Of a DNA stretch of 64,000 nt, positions 8,805 through 17,934 are shown in pieces. The DNA comes from Abditibacterium sp. (GTDB lineage Bacteria > Armatimonadota > Abditibacteriia > Abditibacteriales > Abditibacteriaceae). The first letter of the stretch is position 1. Every line of letters begins with the position of its first letter. The position numbers and the translations under genes were made by a program. The notes under the pieces were generated by a model that was given only the letters and a program-made list of their open reading frames with translations, had not been told where the DNA came from and ran no database searches. The DNA lies in the NCBI GenBank assembly GCA_965246885.1, contig OZ251992.1:2560001-2624000 (forward strand), written 5' to 3'.

Positions 8805-8927
8805 CTGTAGTGTGCAAAATGAAGCACTACGTCAGTGGCGTGGCCACGTAGCTTTGTGTGTTGTCGCAGCGATTACGTCTCTAATAAGCATGACGAATCG
8901 AGGAACACCGTTGCCCTTCATTCATTT

Positions 8928-10466
8928 TCATCCGAACAGCTTGCGGTCGAAGGCGCGATAGTTAATGGCCTCGGCGACGTGGTGCATCTCGATGTTCTGC
9001 GCCCCTTCCAGATCCGCAATCGTCCTCGACACTTTCAGCGTGCGGTCGTAGCCGCGCCCCGAAAGGTTGAACTGGGCAATCGCCGCCTTGAGCAGGTCTT
9101 TGGTCGCGCTGTCCATCTCGCAGTATTCGCGCAGTTCCTTGGCGCGCATCCCGCCGTTGCAGCCGCCCGCGCGCGTTAGTTGCTTTTCCCTTGCGGCGAC
9201 CACCCTTCTCCGCACGGCGGCGGAGCTTTCGCCCGCGCGTTTGCTCATCAGTTCGTCGGAAGAGAGCCGGGGCACTTCGATATGAATGTCAATGCGGTCG
9301 AGGAGCGGGCCGCTTATCTTGGCAAGGTATCTGCGGATCTGCGGCGCCGTGCAGGTGCAGTGCTTGCCCCCGCCGTTCCCGTCCGTTTTCATCCCGCCCA
9401 GCAAATGTCCGCAGGGACAAGGGTTCATGGCGGCGACTAACTGGAAGCGGGCGGGGAAGGTGAGGGACTGGGCGGCGCGGGCGATGGAGACTTGACCGTC
9501 TTCCAAGGGTTGACGTAGCACCTCTAAGACGTCGCGGTGGAATTCGGGGAGTTCATCCAAAAACAGCACGCCGTGATGGGCGAGGGAAATCTCGCCGGGG
9601 CGGGGGTAAGAGCCGCCGCCAACCAAGCCCGCGTGCGAAACGGTGTGGTGTGGGGAGCGAAAGGGGCGCGTCTTGATGAGGCTTTGGCCGGGTTGCACTA
9701 AACCGGCGACGGAGTACAGCTTGGTGACTTCGAGGGCCTCGCCAAGTTGCATCGGCGGCAGGATAGTGGGCAAGCGGCGCGAAAGGAGGGTCTTGCCGCT
9801 TCCCGGACTGCCCACGAGCAGGATGTTGTGGCCGCCGGCCGCCGCGATTTCCATCGCGCGCTTGACGCCTTCTTGCCCCTTGACGTCCGCCCAGTCGAGG
9901 GCGCTTTCGTGAACGGGTTCGTCGCTCATGTCCACGTGCGAGGAGAGCGGCTCGCGGCCTCCTTCGCGCAACAAAGCAAGGGCATCGGCCAGACTTTCAA
10001 CGGGAAATACGTCCAAACCCTCGACGACGGCGGCTTCGGCGCCGTTGGCTTTGGGGACGAGAATGGCGCGCTTGCCCAGAGCTTTGGCGCCCAGCGCCAT
10101 TGGCAACACGCCCGTGATGGAACGCACTTCGCCGTTTAGCCCCAATTCCCCCACCGCCGCGAAATCTTCTAACGTGGGTTTGAGTTGTCCGTCACCCATC
10201 AGCACGCCCAGCGCGATGGGCAGGTCGAAGGATGGCCCCTGTTTCTTGGTGTCGGCGGGCGCCAAATTGACGGTGACGCGACGCGCGGGCATCGAGAAGC
10301 CGGAGTTGCGAATGGCGGCGCGCACCCGTTCGCCGCTTTCGCGCACGGCGGCATCGGGCAACCCGACCACCGCATAGGAAATGGCGCCCGGCGACACGTC
10401 CACTTCGACTTGAACGGCGTAGGCGTCCACGCCCAGAGCGGCGAGGGAATCCACATGGGCCAGCAT
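8928..10466 (-). CDS. comM: YifB/ComM Mg-chelatase-like AAA+ ATPase (competence helicase)
   Basis: VGLPDAAVRESGERVR, VNLAPAD, Walker A GSPGSGKT, PFRSPHH, LFLDELPEF, SGPLLDRID; start taken at MLAHVDS (10466). Confidence 0.95.
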   Translation of the reverse strand: MLAHVDSLAALGVDAYAVQVEVDVSPGAISYAVVGLPDAAVRESGERVRAAIRNSGFSMPARRVTVNLAPADTKKQGPSFDLPIALGVLMGDGQLKPTLEDFAAVGELGLNGEVRSITGVLPMALGAKALGKRAILVPKANGAEAAVVEGLDVFPVESLADALALLREGGREPLSSHVDMSDEPVHESALDWADVKGQEGVKRAMEIAAAGGHNILLVGSPGSGKTLLSRRLPTILPPMQLGEALEVTKLYSVAGLVQPGQSLIKTRPFRSPHHTVSHAGLVGGGSYPRPGEISLAHHGVLFLDELPEFHRDVLEVLRQPLEDGQVSIARAAQSLTFPARFQLVAAMNPCPCGHLLGGMKTDGNGGGKHCTCTAPQIRRYLAKISGPLLDRIDIHIEVPRLSSDELMSKRAGESSAAVRRRVVAAREKQLTRAGGCNGGMRAKELREYCEMDSATKDLLKAAIAQFNLSGRGYDRTLKVSRTIADLEGAQNIEMHHVAEAINYRAFDRKLFG

Positions 10467-10530
10467 TTTGGAAGAAGATTTTAGCGAATTTGGCGGGCGA
10501 GGAAGCCGCGCGGACGCCCCGTCGCCTTCT

Positions 10531-10656
10531 GCCACGCGTCGGCGTGGGCCTGTCAGCCATTTTCACACGTGCGCCATTGATTCCCACACGTCTGTCATTC
10601 ATTCCCACACGTGCGCCACTCGTCGGCGCGGGCCTGTCATTACGTCACCGACGTCT
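10531..10656. repeat. Degenerate 21-nt-period tandem array (6 units) between yraN and comM
   Basis: gccacgcgtcggcgtgggcct / gtcagccattttcacacgtgc / gccattgattcccacacgtct / gtcattcattcccacacgtgc / gccactcgtcggcgcgggcct / gtcattacgtcaccgacgtct. Confidence 0.8.
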
Positions 10657-10670
10657 GTTGCCGCTCGCCG

Positions 10671-11102
10671 TTATATTCTCACTTCCCACGCGCCTTCTAT
10701 CCATGCGACGCGCGGGTTGGCCGTCTCGTCGTCCCACCAAACCTCCACAATGTCGAAGCGCAGCGTTTGATCGTCGCCATTTGCGCTTATCCAAGCCCGC
10801 GCCAACTGTTCCAGTTGGCGGCGCTTATGCGCGTTAACGGCTTCTTGGGGTTCGCCGAAGTCGCTCGACTTGCGGGTTTTGACTTCGACGAAACAGATGA
10901 TGTCGCCGACTTGCGCCACGATGTCGCACTCGCCGCGTCCACCCCTGCCGGGTGGACGCCAGTTGCGGTGCAACACGCGCGCGCCTTTCGAGCGTAAAAA
11001 CGCGCTCGCCACTTCTTCGCCCGACGCGCCGCGCGCGTTGGCTTTAGCGCCGCGCAGAACGCGCGCGGGGTCAAGAGCAAGAAGAGGGCGGCGCGCTTTC
11101 AT
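10671..11102 (-). CDS. yraN: YraN/UPF0102 family PD-(D/E)xK nuclease
   Basis: GASGEEVASAFL, RNWR, GECDIVA, FVEVKTR, P.EAV..K, RFDIVEV; adjacent to comM; start taken at MKARRP. Confidence 0.9.
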   Translation of the reverse strand: MKARRPLLALDPARVLRGAKANARGASGEEVASAFLRSKGARVLHRNWRPPGRGGRGECDIVAQVGDIICFVEVKTRKSSDFGEPQEAVNAHKRRQLEQLARAWISANGDDQTLRFDIVEVWWDDETANPRVAWIEGAWEVRI

Positions 11103-11109
11103 CTCGTGA

Positions 11110-12498
11110 CTAATGAGCGCCGGGAGTGCCCGCCCCTCTGGGAGCACCACCGGGGCCAGTCGGCCCACTGGGAAGATTGCCCGCCCCACCACTGACCGCC
11201 GTGTTGCCCGTTGTGGGAGCCGTAACGGAGCCGCCCGTCGAAGGGGGCGGCAGTTTGACGGTGTTCGACGGGCCACGCTGAACCACTGTTCCGCTTCCGG
11301 TGATGATGCGCGGGAACGCCGTCGGCGCCAGAGTCGGCGTGACGGTCGCAGGCGACTGGGTCGCGCTCGTGATCGGCCCACCCAGTTTGCCGTTAGCTCC
11401 CGGCGTCGCGGGGACGTTGCTGACGACGGGGATGCTGGACTGCGCGCCCGTGCCCGTCGAGGGCGAGGGCACGCGCTGTTGTAGCGAGAGCGTCTTGCCG
11501 TTCAGTTGCATGCCCCAGATGCCCAATTTGCGGTGCCGCGCATATGCTTCGTCCAAAAGCCACGTGGGTTGGTCGAAGGAAGTGGGCGAATACAAGTCCA
11601 CAACCGCCAAACCGGAGCGGATCAGCATGCGGTTGAGCGAGAGCGAGGTGTCTTTCTTGATGGCGCCGCCGCCCGCCGATTTGAAGAAGATTTGCACGAG
11701 CGGGCGCGAGTCGTAATCTACAGGGTATTTTGGGTCTTGAAAGACGTCGAGCGACTGCGAAACGTCAACGGGCGCGGGCGGAAGCGGCGTGGGTGTTGCG
11801 TTTAACGAGGCGCGCGGCAACCCTTTGGGGGTGGCGGTCGGGGTCGCGGCGGGCGCGCCGGGAAGCGGGGTGGGTTGGGCGTAGGTTCCGGTGAGGTGCA
11901 CCCAGCGCGAGACGGCTTCGACCAAGCGGCGCGAGGCCTCGGCTTGCAAGGCAAGCTGATCGGGGTCTTGCAAACCACCACCGACTGCTCCCGCCGGGCC
12001 GGGGACGATGACGCCCGCCAATCGGACGGGGTTGTTGACGTCTTTGACGCCGCCAATGAGCAACCCTCCGGCGGGCACCGATGCGGCGACGGGCGCGGCC
12101 CCTTTGGTGGCAGTCGCTCCGGCTTTGCCGCCCGCTTTGGCGGCGGGAGCGGCAACGACCACAGCGGCGGGCGCCGGGTTGAGCGGTTGCAACACGAGAA
12201 GCAACGACGAATTTGCGGTGTCGCCTGCCACGCGCGGGCCGAACTGGATGTCTTGCAGGTCGGCGACACGGAAAGCAGTGGGCAACCCAGTCGTGCCGTT
12301 CATGGCGATGCCCTTGCCCGTTCCACCCGCGACCGTCGTGCCCTGCGTCGCGTCGAAGGGGTATGCGATGGGCGTGGGCGCGGGGGTGGGCGTGGGAAGC
12401 GGCGTGGGCGCTGCGGTAACGAAAAACGTCGAGTTGGAGCAGCCAACCAAAGCGGGCGCCAGCAGGAGCAGGGCAACGGCGGAAACAAAGCGGTTCAT
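11110..12498 (-). CDS. Lipoprotein with degenerate thermonuclease (SNase)-like domain and Pro/Thr-rich linkers
   Basis: Lipobox LVGC after MNRFVSAVALLLLAPA; VRLAGVIVP, DYDSRPL and LNRMLIRSGLAVV...EAYARHRKLGIWG resemble SNase. Confidence 0.65.
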   Translation of the reverse strand: MNRFVSAVALLLLAPALVGCSNSTFFVTAAPTPLPTPTPAPTPIAYPFDATQGTTVAGGTGKGIAMNGTTGLPTAFRVADLQDIQFGPRVAGDTANSSLLLVLQPLNPAPAAVVVAAPAAKAGGKAGATATKGAAPVAASVPAGGLLIGGVKDVNNPVRLAGVIVPGPAGAVGGGLQDPDQLALQAEASRRLVEAVSRWVHLTGTYAQPTPLPGAPAATPTATPKGLPRASLNATPTPLPPAPVDVSQSLDVFQDPKYPVDYDSRPLVQIFFKSAGGGAIKKDTSLSLNRMLIRSGLAVVDLYSPTSFDQPTWLLDEAYARHRKLGIWGMQLNGKTLSLQQRVPSPSTGTGAQSSIPVVSNVPATPGANGKLGGPITSATQSPATVTPTLAPTAFPRIITGSGTVVQRGPSNTVKLPPPSTGGSVTAPTTGNTAVSGGAGNLPSGPTGPGGAPRGAGTPGAH

Positions 12499-12569
12499 CG
12501 GGAAATGGCAGTCAAAGGAAAGCGCATCTGGGCGCGGCGTGCAACTGGTCGGGTTCACACAAGCACAAC

Positions 12570-13298
12570 CTACACGAGCACATCGCGGGCGTTGCGCAGG
12601 CCCACGCGCTCGCGTTGCGGGCCACCCAAAGCGCAGTCGCGGATCATGCCCAGTGCGGCGGCGGGATGGAAGCGGCCCCACTCGCTCGCCCACGCCACGC
12701 GGCGCTCGCCCAACACGGCGACGGCGCTCGCCACGACATCGCGCTCGGCGAAGGCAGCAACGGGAACGAAGAGGGTGTTGACGGCTTCTTTCATGGCGGC
12801 GACGGCGATTTGGGTGAGGTATTCGCTTTGCGGCGACACGAAGAACTTGACCATCGGGAACTCCTTGGCGGCGTCAACGGCGGCTTGGAGCGTCGCGGGC
12901 GAGGTGGCGGTGACAAAAAGCGGCTTGGAGTAGCGGCGCAGCGCGTTCAGCACTTCGCGCCCCCCGGCTGTTGTAAGCGCGTCGGCGTCGGTGTTTTGTT
13001 CGAGCAAGGTGCCGCAGAAGGCGGGCTTGACGAGAAAGCGGCGGGCCAAGTCGTGCGCGGTTTCGGCTTGGTGGATGGAAACCGTCAGCCAGCCGCGAAA
13101 GCGCGGGTCGAAGGCCAACTGCTCGGCCAAAAACGCCGCGCCGCCGCGCGCGTCGGTCGAGGCAAGCGGAGAAGAGAAGCACAGCGTCTCGACGCCAAAC
13201 GAGTCGGCGTAGCTCTTGGCGCCTGAGGCGTCGGGCGCGGCGACGGCGATGGTTTGCGGGGACACGCCGAAGTAGCAGTGAAGGTCAATGAGTGGCAT
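12570..13298 (-). CDS. Amidohydrolase-2-like TIM-barrel protein (degenerate)
   Basis: LIDLHCYFG N-terminal motif; LGERRVAWASEW and VGLRNARDVL C-terminal pattern. Confidence 0.7.
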   Translation of the reverse strand: MPLIDLHCYFGVSPQTIAVAAPDASGAKSYADSFGVETLCFSSPLASTDARGGAAFLAEQLAFDPRFRGWLTVSIHQAETAHDLARRFLVKPAFCGTLLEQNTDADALTTAGGREVLNALRRYSKPLFVTATSPATLQAAVDAAKEFPMVKFFVSPQSEYLTQIAVAAMKEAVNTLFVPVAAFAERDVVASAVAVLGERRVAWASEWGRFHPAAALGMIRDCALGGPQRERVGLRNARDVLV

Positions 13299-13319
13299 GA
13301 GAAGTCTGGTAGCGCCGGT

Positions 13320-14066
13320 TCACGCTTTGGCGAGCACCCGTTGCAAGTTGCCCGCGAGCACGAGCGCCTTCTGGTCGGGGGTCAGGCCCGACGCGAGCAC
13401 GGGGCCAAGCGCGCTGGACAGGTAACGGAGCGGCGAGTAGGAAGCGAAGACGAGCCGTTGCGCGCCGTCGGGGACGTTGGCGGCGACCGCTTCGAGGGCA
13501 CCGGGAGCCGACAAGTGCGTGGTTTCGAGGTGGAACTTGGGGCTGGTTCGCATGACGGCAACGGCCTCGCCCAAGTGCTGCGACTCGACGCCCGCGAGCA
13601 GAAGCGGCGCTTGCGTGAAAGCGACGGCGTCGGCCAGTTCGGTGATGTCGCCCGCGTCGGCGATTTCGACGGCGACCGTCAGCTTGAGGGCGTCGCACTT
13701 GGCGAGCAGTTCGCGGAACGGCGCGAAGCGGATGGGCCAGCCCTGATGAGAGGGGAAGAAGCGGATGAAGCGCAGCCCACTGCGCGCGACGGCCTCGGCT
13801 TCGGCCAAACACGCGGGGTAAGCGCGCGGGTCAAGGGTGGCAGTCGGGAGCAGTTGGGCGGGATGGGCGCGCGCGGCGTCGAGGGTTTGGGCGTTCCCGG
13901 CGCGGAAGTCGTGGAAGATGCCCGTCGTCGAAAGAGCGAGGGTGCGGGCGATGTTGCTGGTGCCCATGAGCGCGAGCAAATCGGGCAAGGCCAAGTCGTC
14001 GTGGCGCGGCCAAGGCCCAAAGAAGGCGCAAGCATCGAATATCGGGGGCGCGGCCATAAGTGCCAT
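13320..14066 (-). CDS. Amidohydrolase-2-like TIM-barrel protein
   Basis: IFDACAFFGPWP, GNAQTL, RLVFASYSP, VLAGNLQRVL. Confidence 0.75.
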   Translation of the reverse strand: MALMAAPPIFDACAFFGPWPRHDDLALPDLLALMGTSNIARTLALSTTGIFHDFRAGNAQTLDAARAHPAQLLPTATLDPRAYPACLAEAEAVARSGLRFIRFFPSHQGWPIRFAPFRELLAKCDALKLTVAVEIADAGDITELADAVAFTQAPLLLAGVESQHLGEAVAVMRTSPKFHLETTHLSAPGALEAVAANVPDGAQRLVFASYSPLRYLSSALGPVLASGLTPDQKALVLAGNLQRVLAKA

Positions 14067-14117
14067 TCATTTTAGCGCGTGGACGGCTTTCCTGTACCCG
14101 GCCCCGCCCCGCGCGCC

Positions 14118-15887
14118 CTACTCCACCAACGCGCCATACCGCTCCGCGACCACCTTGCGCTTGATTTTCAGCGTCGGCGTCAGTTCGCCGTTGGCTTGGG
14201 TAAACGGCTCGGAGAGGACGACGAACTTGCGGATTTTCTCGAAGTCGGCGAGGTTTTTGGTGCGCGCGTCTATCTCGGCGCGCAGCAGTTTCTGCGTCGC
14301 GGGGTGCGCGGCGAGCGCGGCGTCGTCGGGTTTGTTGGGCAGGTTCAACGCCTCGCGCAACGCGGGAAAGGCGGGCACGATGAGGGCGGAGACGGCTTTG
14401 GCTTTGTCGCCCAGCAGCACCACTTGCGCGACCAAGCGGCTTTCCATGAGCGCGAGTTCAATCGGTTGCGGCGCGACATTCTTCCCGTTGCCAAGCACCA
14501 GTAAGTCCTTTTTGCGGTCGGTGATGCGCAAGCATCCATCGGCGTCAAGGGTGCCGATGTCGCCGGTGTGGAACCAGTTGTCGCCATCCAGCACCTCGCG
14601 CGTGGCGTCGGGCCGGTTCCAATAGCCCTTCATGATGGTGGCGCCGCGCGCCAGAATCTCGCCGTCGTCGGCAATCTTCACCTCGACTCCGGGGAGCGGC
14701 GGGCCGACCGTGCCAAGGCGCGGGCGAAACGGCAAGTTGACGGCGATGACGGGCGCAGTCTCGGTCAGGCCGTAGCCTTCTAAGACTTCCAAACCCACGC
14801 CCAGAAAGAGCGCGCCCATTTCCGGCGCCATCGGCGCGCCGCCGGAAATGAAGTGCTTGAGCCGCCCGCCGAAGCGGTCGCGCACTTTGGCATACACGGC
14901 GCGGTCGTAGAGGGCGAACTTGATTCGCTCAATGAGATTGAGGGACGGCGCGCCGGGGAAGGCGCCCTTCTTGAGTCCGGCCTTGCGCGCGAGCGCGAGG
15001 GCGGCCTCGAACTGCGCGCGCTTCTTGGCGGGCAAGGCGTCGCCGAAACTTTCGAGGGTCTCGCGCGTGGATTCGAGCAGGCGCGGCACGCACGCCATCA
15101 GGGTGGGGCGCACTTCGGCGAGGTTCTTGTTGAGCGTGCGCAGCGATTCGGCGTAAGCCACGCTCGCGCCCAAACGAAGCGGCAGGAAGTGTCCGGCAGT
15201 GCGCTCATACACGTGCGCGAGCGGTAGGAAGGAAAGGAACACATCGTCGGGGCCAAGGTGCGGGCCAATTTTGAGGATGCCCTCGACATCGGCGATGAGG
15301 TTCTTGTGCTGGAGCATGACGCCCTTGGGCGGGCCGGTCGTGCCGGATGTGTAGATGATGGTCGCCACATCGTTGGGCAGGGCGGCGGGCCATGTGGACT
15401 CGTACAGTCCGGGGTGCTCTTCCCAATAGGCCGCGCCCTTCTTCTCCAGTTCTGGGAAGGCGGCGAAGTCCCACACCAGTTCGAGGGCGGGAAGCGCCGC
15501 GCGGATTTCGGCGATCTTGGCGGCTTGTTTGTCGTCGGACACGACGACAAGCCGCGCGCCGCAGTCAGCGAGGATGGTCTCGATTTGGCCTGCGGGCAAG
15601 GTCGCGTAGATGGGCACGGAGATTAGCCCTCCCATTTGGCAGGCGAGGTCGCACAGCGCCCACTCGATGCGGCTGTCGCCCAGAATCGCCACGCGCTCGC
15701 CGCGCGCCAGTCCGGCGTCCAAGAGCGCCCCGCACAAGTTCTGCACCCGCGCGGCGATGGCGGCGAAGGTGTGGAACTCGTAGGCCTTGCCGTTTTTCTC
15801 GCCCAGATACGGGCGCGCGGCGAAGGCAACAAAGGAACGCTGGGCGAGTTCCGCGAGGGTGGCGGGCGGCTTGGAAGGGTCGAACAC
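14118..15887 (-). CDS. fadD: Long-chain fatty acid--CoA ligase (AMP-binding)
   Basis: IIYTSGTTGPPKGVM, SFLPLAHVYER, EGYGLTET, WFHTGDIG, ITDRKKD, LTPTLKIKR. Confidence 0.9.
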   Translation of the reverse strand: MFDPSKPPATLAELAQRSFVAFAARPYLGEKNGKAYEFHTFAAIAARVQNLCGALLDAGLARGERVAILGDSRIEWALCDLACQMGGLISVPIYATLPAGQIETILADCGARLVVVSDDKQAAKIAEIRAALPALELVWDFAAFPELEKKGAAYWEEHPGLYESTWPAALPNDVATIIYTSGTTGPPKGVMLQHKNLIADVEGILKIGPHLGPDDVFLSFLPLAHVYERTAGHFLPLRLGASVAYAESLRTLNKNLAEVRPTLMACVPRLLESTRETLESFGDALPAKKRAQFEAALALARKAGLKKGAFPGAPSLNLIERIKFALYDRAVYAKVRDRFGGRLKHFISGGAPMAPEMGALFLGVGLEVLEGYGLTETAPVIAVNLPFRPRLGTVGPPLPGVEVKIADDGEILARGATIMKGYWNRPDATREVLDGDNWFHTGDIGTLDADGCLRITDRKKDLLVLGNGKNVAPQPIELALMESRLVAQVVLLGDKAKAVSALIVPAFPALREALNLPNKPDDAALAAHPATQKLLRAEIDARTKNLADFEKIRKFVVLSEPFTQANGELTPTLKIKRKVVAERYGALVE

Positions 15888-15908
15888 GCGCTTTATTTTA
15901 GCGCAGGC

Positions 15909-16556
15909 TCAGCGCTTGAGCGAGACGCGCACATCGTGGCCAGCGTGGGCCGACCAGTTTTTCAGCGTAAAAACGAGGTCTTTGAGCTTGGTGTCCGGCG
16001 GCACCGCGAAGAGGACAGTCATGTTCTCGGCGGAACCGGGCAATAGCGGCTTAGTCACCCAATCGCCCTTGGTTTGCATATCGTAAACAATGGGCGCGTA
16101 GGAGTTGGCGTCGAAGTCCGTCAGCGCCGTCTTGGGGTCGTCCGAGTAGCAGTCCAACTGCTCGACCTTGTTCTGCTGCCTGTTCTTGACTTGGCACTTG
16201 ACCGCGATGAACGTGTATCCGGCCTTGGGTGTGAAGGTGTGCAGGGTGCCGTCAGTTTCGGCGGCGGCATGATACTTGGCGAAGTCCTGCTCGCTGTTGG
16301 GGACTTTCAAGGTGTAGGTGGCCACCTGCTGCACATCCAGCACTTGAAAGCTCCACTTGCCATCGAAGAGAACCTGCCCGATCTTGCCGTTCAGCCCTTC
16401 CACTTGATTGGCGCCCCCCGCCGGTTTCTTGGTGGGTTTGGGCTTGGCCTTGTTAGTGGCTTTGGCGTAGGTCGGCGCCGCGTGGCCGGTGAGGGCCATG
16501 CTCAGGGCCAGAAGCCACAGAAGGTGTGTGCGGTATGGATGTGTCTTGATTTGCAT
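15909..16556 (-). CDS. Exported protein, DUF4352-like Ig-fold domain
   Basis: Signal peptide from MQIKTH (ATG 16556); PKAGYTFIAVKCQVKN...LTDFDANSY...LLPGSAENMTVLFAVP pattern. Confidence 0.6.
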   Translation of the reverse strand: MQIKTHPYRTHLLWLLALSMALTGHAAPTYAKATNKAKPKPTKKPAGGANQVEGLNGKIGQVLFDGKWSFQVLDVQQVATYTLKVPNSEQDFAKYHAAAETDGTLHTFTPKAGYTFIAVKCQVKNRQQNKVEQLDCYSDDPKTALTDFDANSYAPIVYDMQTKGDWVTKPLLPGSAENMTVLFAVPPDTKLKDLVFTLKNWSAHAGHDVRVSLKR

Positions 16557-16573
16557 TGTTTTTCCTTGTTCGA

Positions 16574-17896
16574 TCAGGGGCGGCCCTGCCGGATGTTGTC
16601 GCGGATATACATGAAGTAGGGATCGTTGGAATCCATCGGCGTCTGGTCTTGAGCGCGCATTCCGGCAAACCATTGATCCACAATCGCGCCCTGCTGCTCG
16701 GTTCCAAACTCTCCCCATGGGCGACCGGGCGGGCCGTAGGCATAGGCGCTGCCGCCGAATGAATCGTGCCCTTGGGTCACCACGTCTTCACAGAGGAGAC
16801 CGGGCAAGAACGTCCTGTTCTGGATCTGCCACGCATGAGTCAGTTCGTGAATCAACACCTGCCCGCGCTTGGGATAACCTTTGATGGCACGCATTGGGTC
16901 GTTGAAGGAAGGGCCAATGTTGAGGTAGATGTTCTTGTTGTCGATGCCGGGAAAAGTAAAGTAGCGCCCGCCGAGTCCGGCCATGTTCGTTAGCCAGATT
17001 CTTTCCCTCGGCGGCAGCGAGCCGCCGAAAACTGTCGCGGCGAAGGCGTATTCGTCGCCGTGCATCTGGCGTTGCTGGATCATCGCATTGGTCACGGCGC
17101 CGACGGTCGCTCCGACTGGCAAGGCCAAAGCTAACGTTCCGCCCGACGCGAAAACCACGACTCCCGCGAGCAAGCCGAACTCGCTGCCCAGCCCCAGATC
17201 GCCAAAGACCTGACCCATTTCTCTGCCCAATCCAATGACGACGCCTAGCCCAGCGCCTATCGTGTGCGTTCCGATGTCCAGCACGAACGAGGCGACATCT
17301 TGAACGGCGCCAATCACGCCCGTCGGCTTGTATTCCTTGGTCACGGCGAAACTGCCCGCCTTCACATCCGGCCAGAAGTCCTTGATGAACGGATGCGAGC
17401 CGCTGATGATATGGTTATCGCTGCGGTTCTTATTGCCCACGATATGGCCCTCGACATGACCGCTTTGCTGTGCCACGAAAGCCAAACCGTTGGCGGCGGT
17501 GAAGATGGCGCGCACTTGATAATCGTAGTCGGCGGCGCCACTGTCGTGCAGATGGAAGTGCGCCTCGTAGGTGCCGTCGCTGCGGAGCTTCAGGTCGACC
17601 CAGCCGCCGAGCGCGGTTCCCGTTGGAGTCGAGACGATGCCGTGAAAGTGGACTTCTTCGAGTGGTGCGGCGACGGCGGGCGGCGGAGCGTCCAGCACGC
17701 CGATGAGGGCGGTTAGAGAAATGGGATCCGCCATGCCGAAGCGACGGGCGAGGGCGCGAACGCTCACGATCCCGCCGTTACCGGGCCTTGGTATTCCAAT
17801 AATGGGGCGAGGGAGGGGTATTCCAATGATGTTGCGGGGCCTTGGCCGCACGGGGTTGGCACTCGCGGTGCGGGCGGCTTCGCGCAGACTTTTCAT
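16574..17896 (-). CDS. Putative zinc metallopeptidase / toxin-like protein with Gly-zipper hydrophobic segment
   Basis: 440 aa; LIHELTHAWQ (HEXXH) plus downstream FGTEQQGAIV; central Gly-rich hydrophobic stretch; Pro-rich N-terminus with IIGIP repeated twice. Confidence 0.65.
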   Translation of the reverse strand: MKSLREAARTASANPVRPRPRNIIGIPLPRPIIGIPRPGNGGIVSVRALARRFGMADPISLTALIGVLDAPPPAVAAPLEEVHFHGIVSTPTGTALGGWVDLKLRSDGTYEAHFHLHDSGAADYDYQVRAIFTAANGLAFVAQQSGHVEGHIVGNKNRSDNHIISGSHPFIKDFWPDVKAGSFAVTKEYKPTGVIGAVQDVASFVLDIGTHTIGAGLGVVIGLGREMGQVFGDLGLGSEFGLLAGVVVFASGGTLALALPVGATVGAVTNAMIQQRQMHGDEYAFAATVFGGSLPPRERIWLTNMAGLGGRYFTFPGIDNKNIYLNIGPSFNDPMRAIKGYPKRGQVLIHELTHAWQIQNRTFLPGLLCEDVVTQGHDSFGGSAYAYGPPGRPWGEFGTEQQGAIVDQWFAGMRAQDQTPMDSNDPYFMYIRDNIRQGRP

Positions 17897-17934
17897 AGTG
17901 ATTTTCCTTATGGCCGATTCAACCGGCCAAGTCG

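Noticed and set aside
8805..8927. Short inverted repeats upstream of the tubulin/Hsp70 operon (gtagtg...cactac; ctacgt...acgtag)
   Set aside because: 6-bp arms are too short to distinguish from chance without comparative data.
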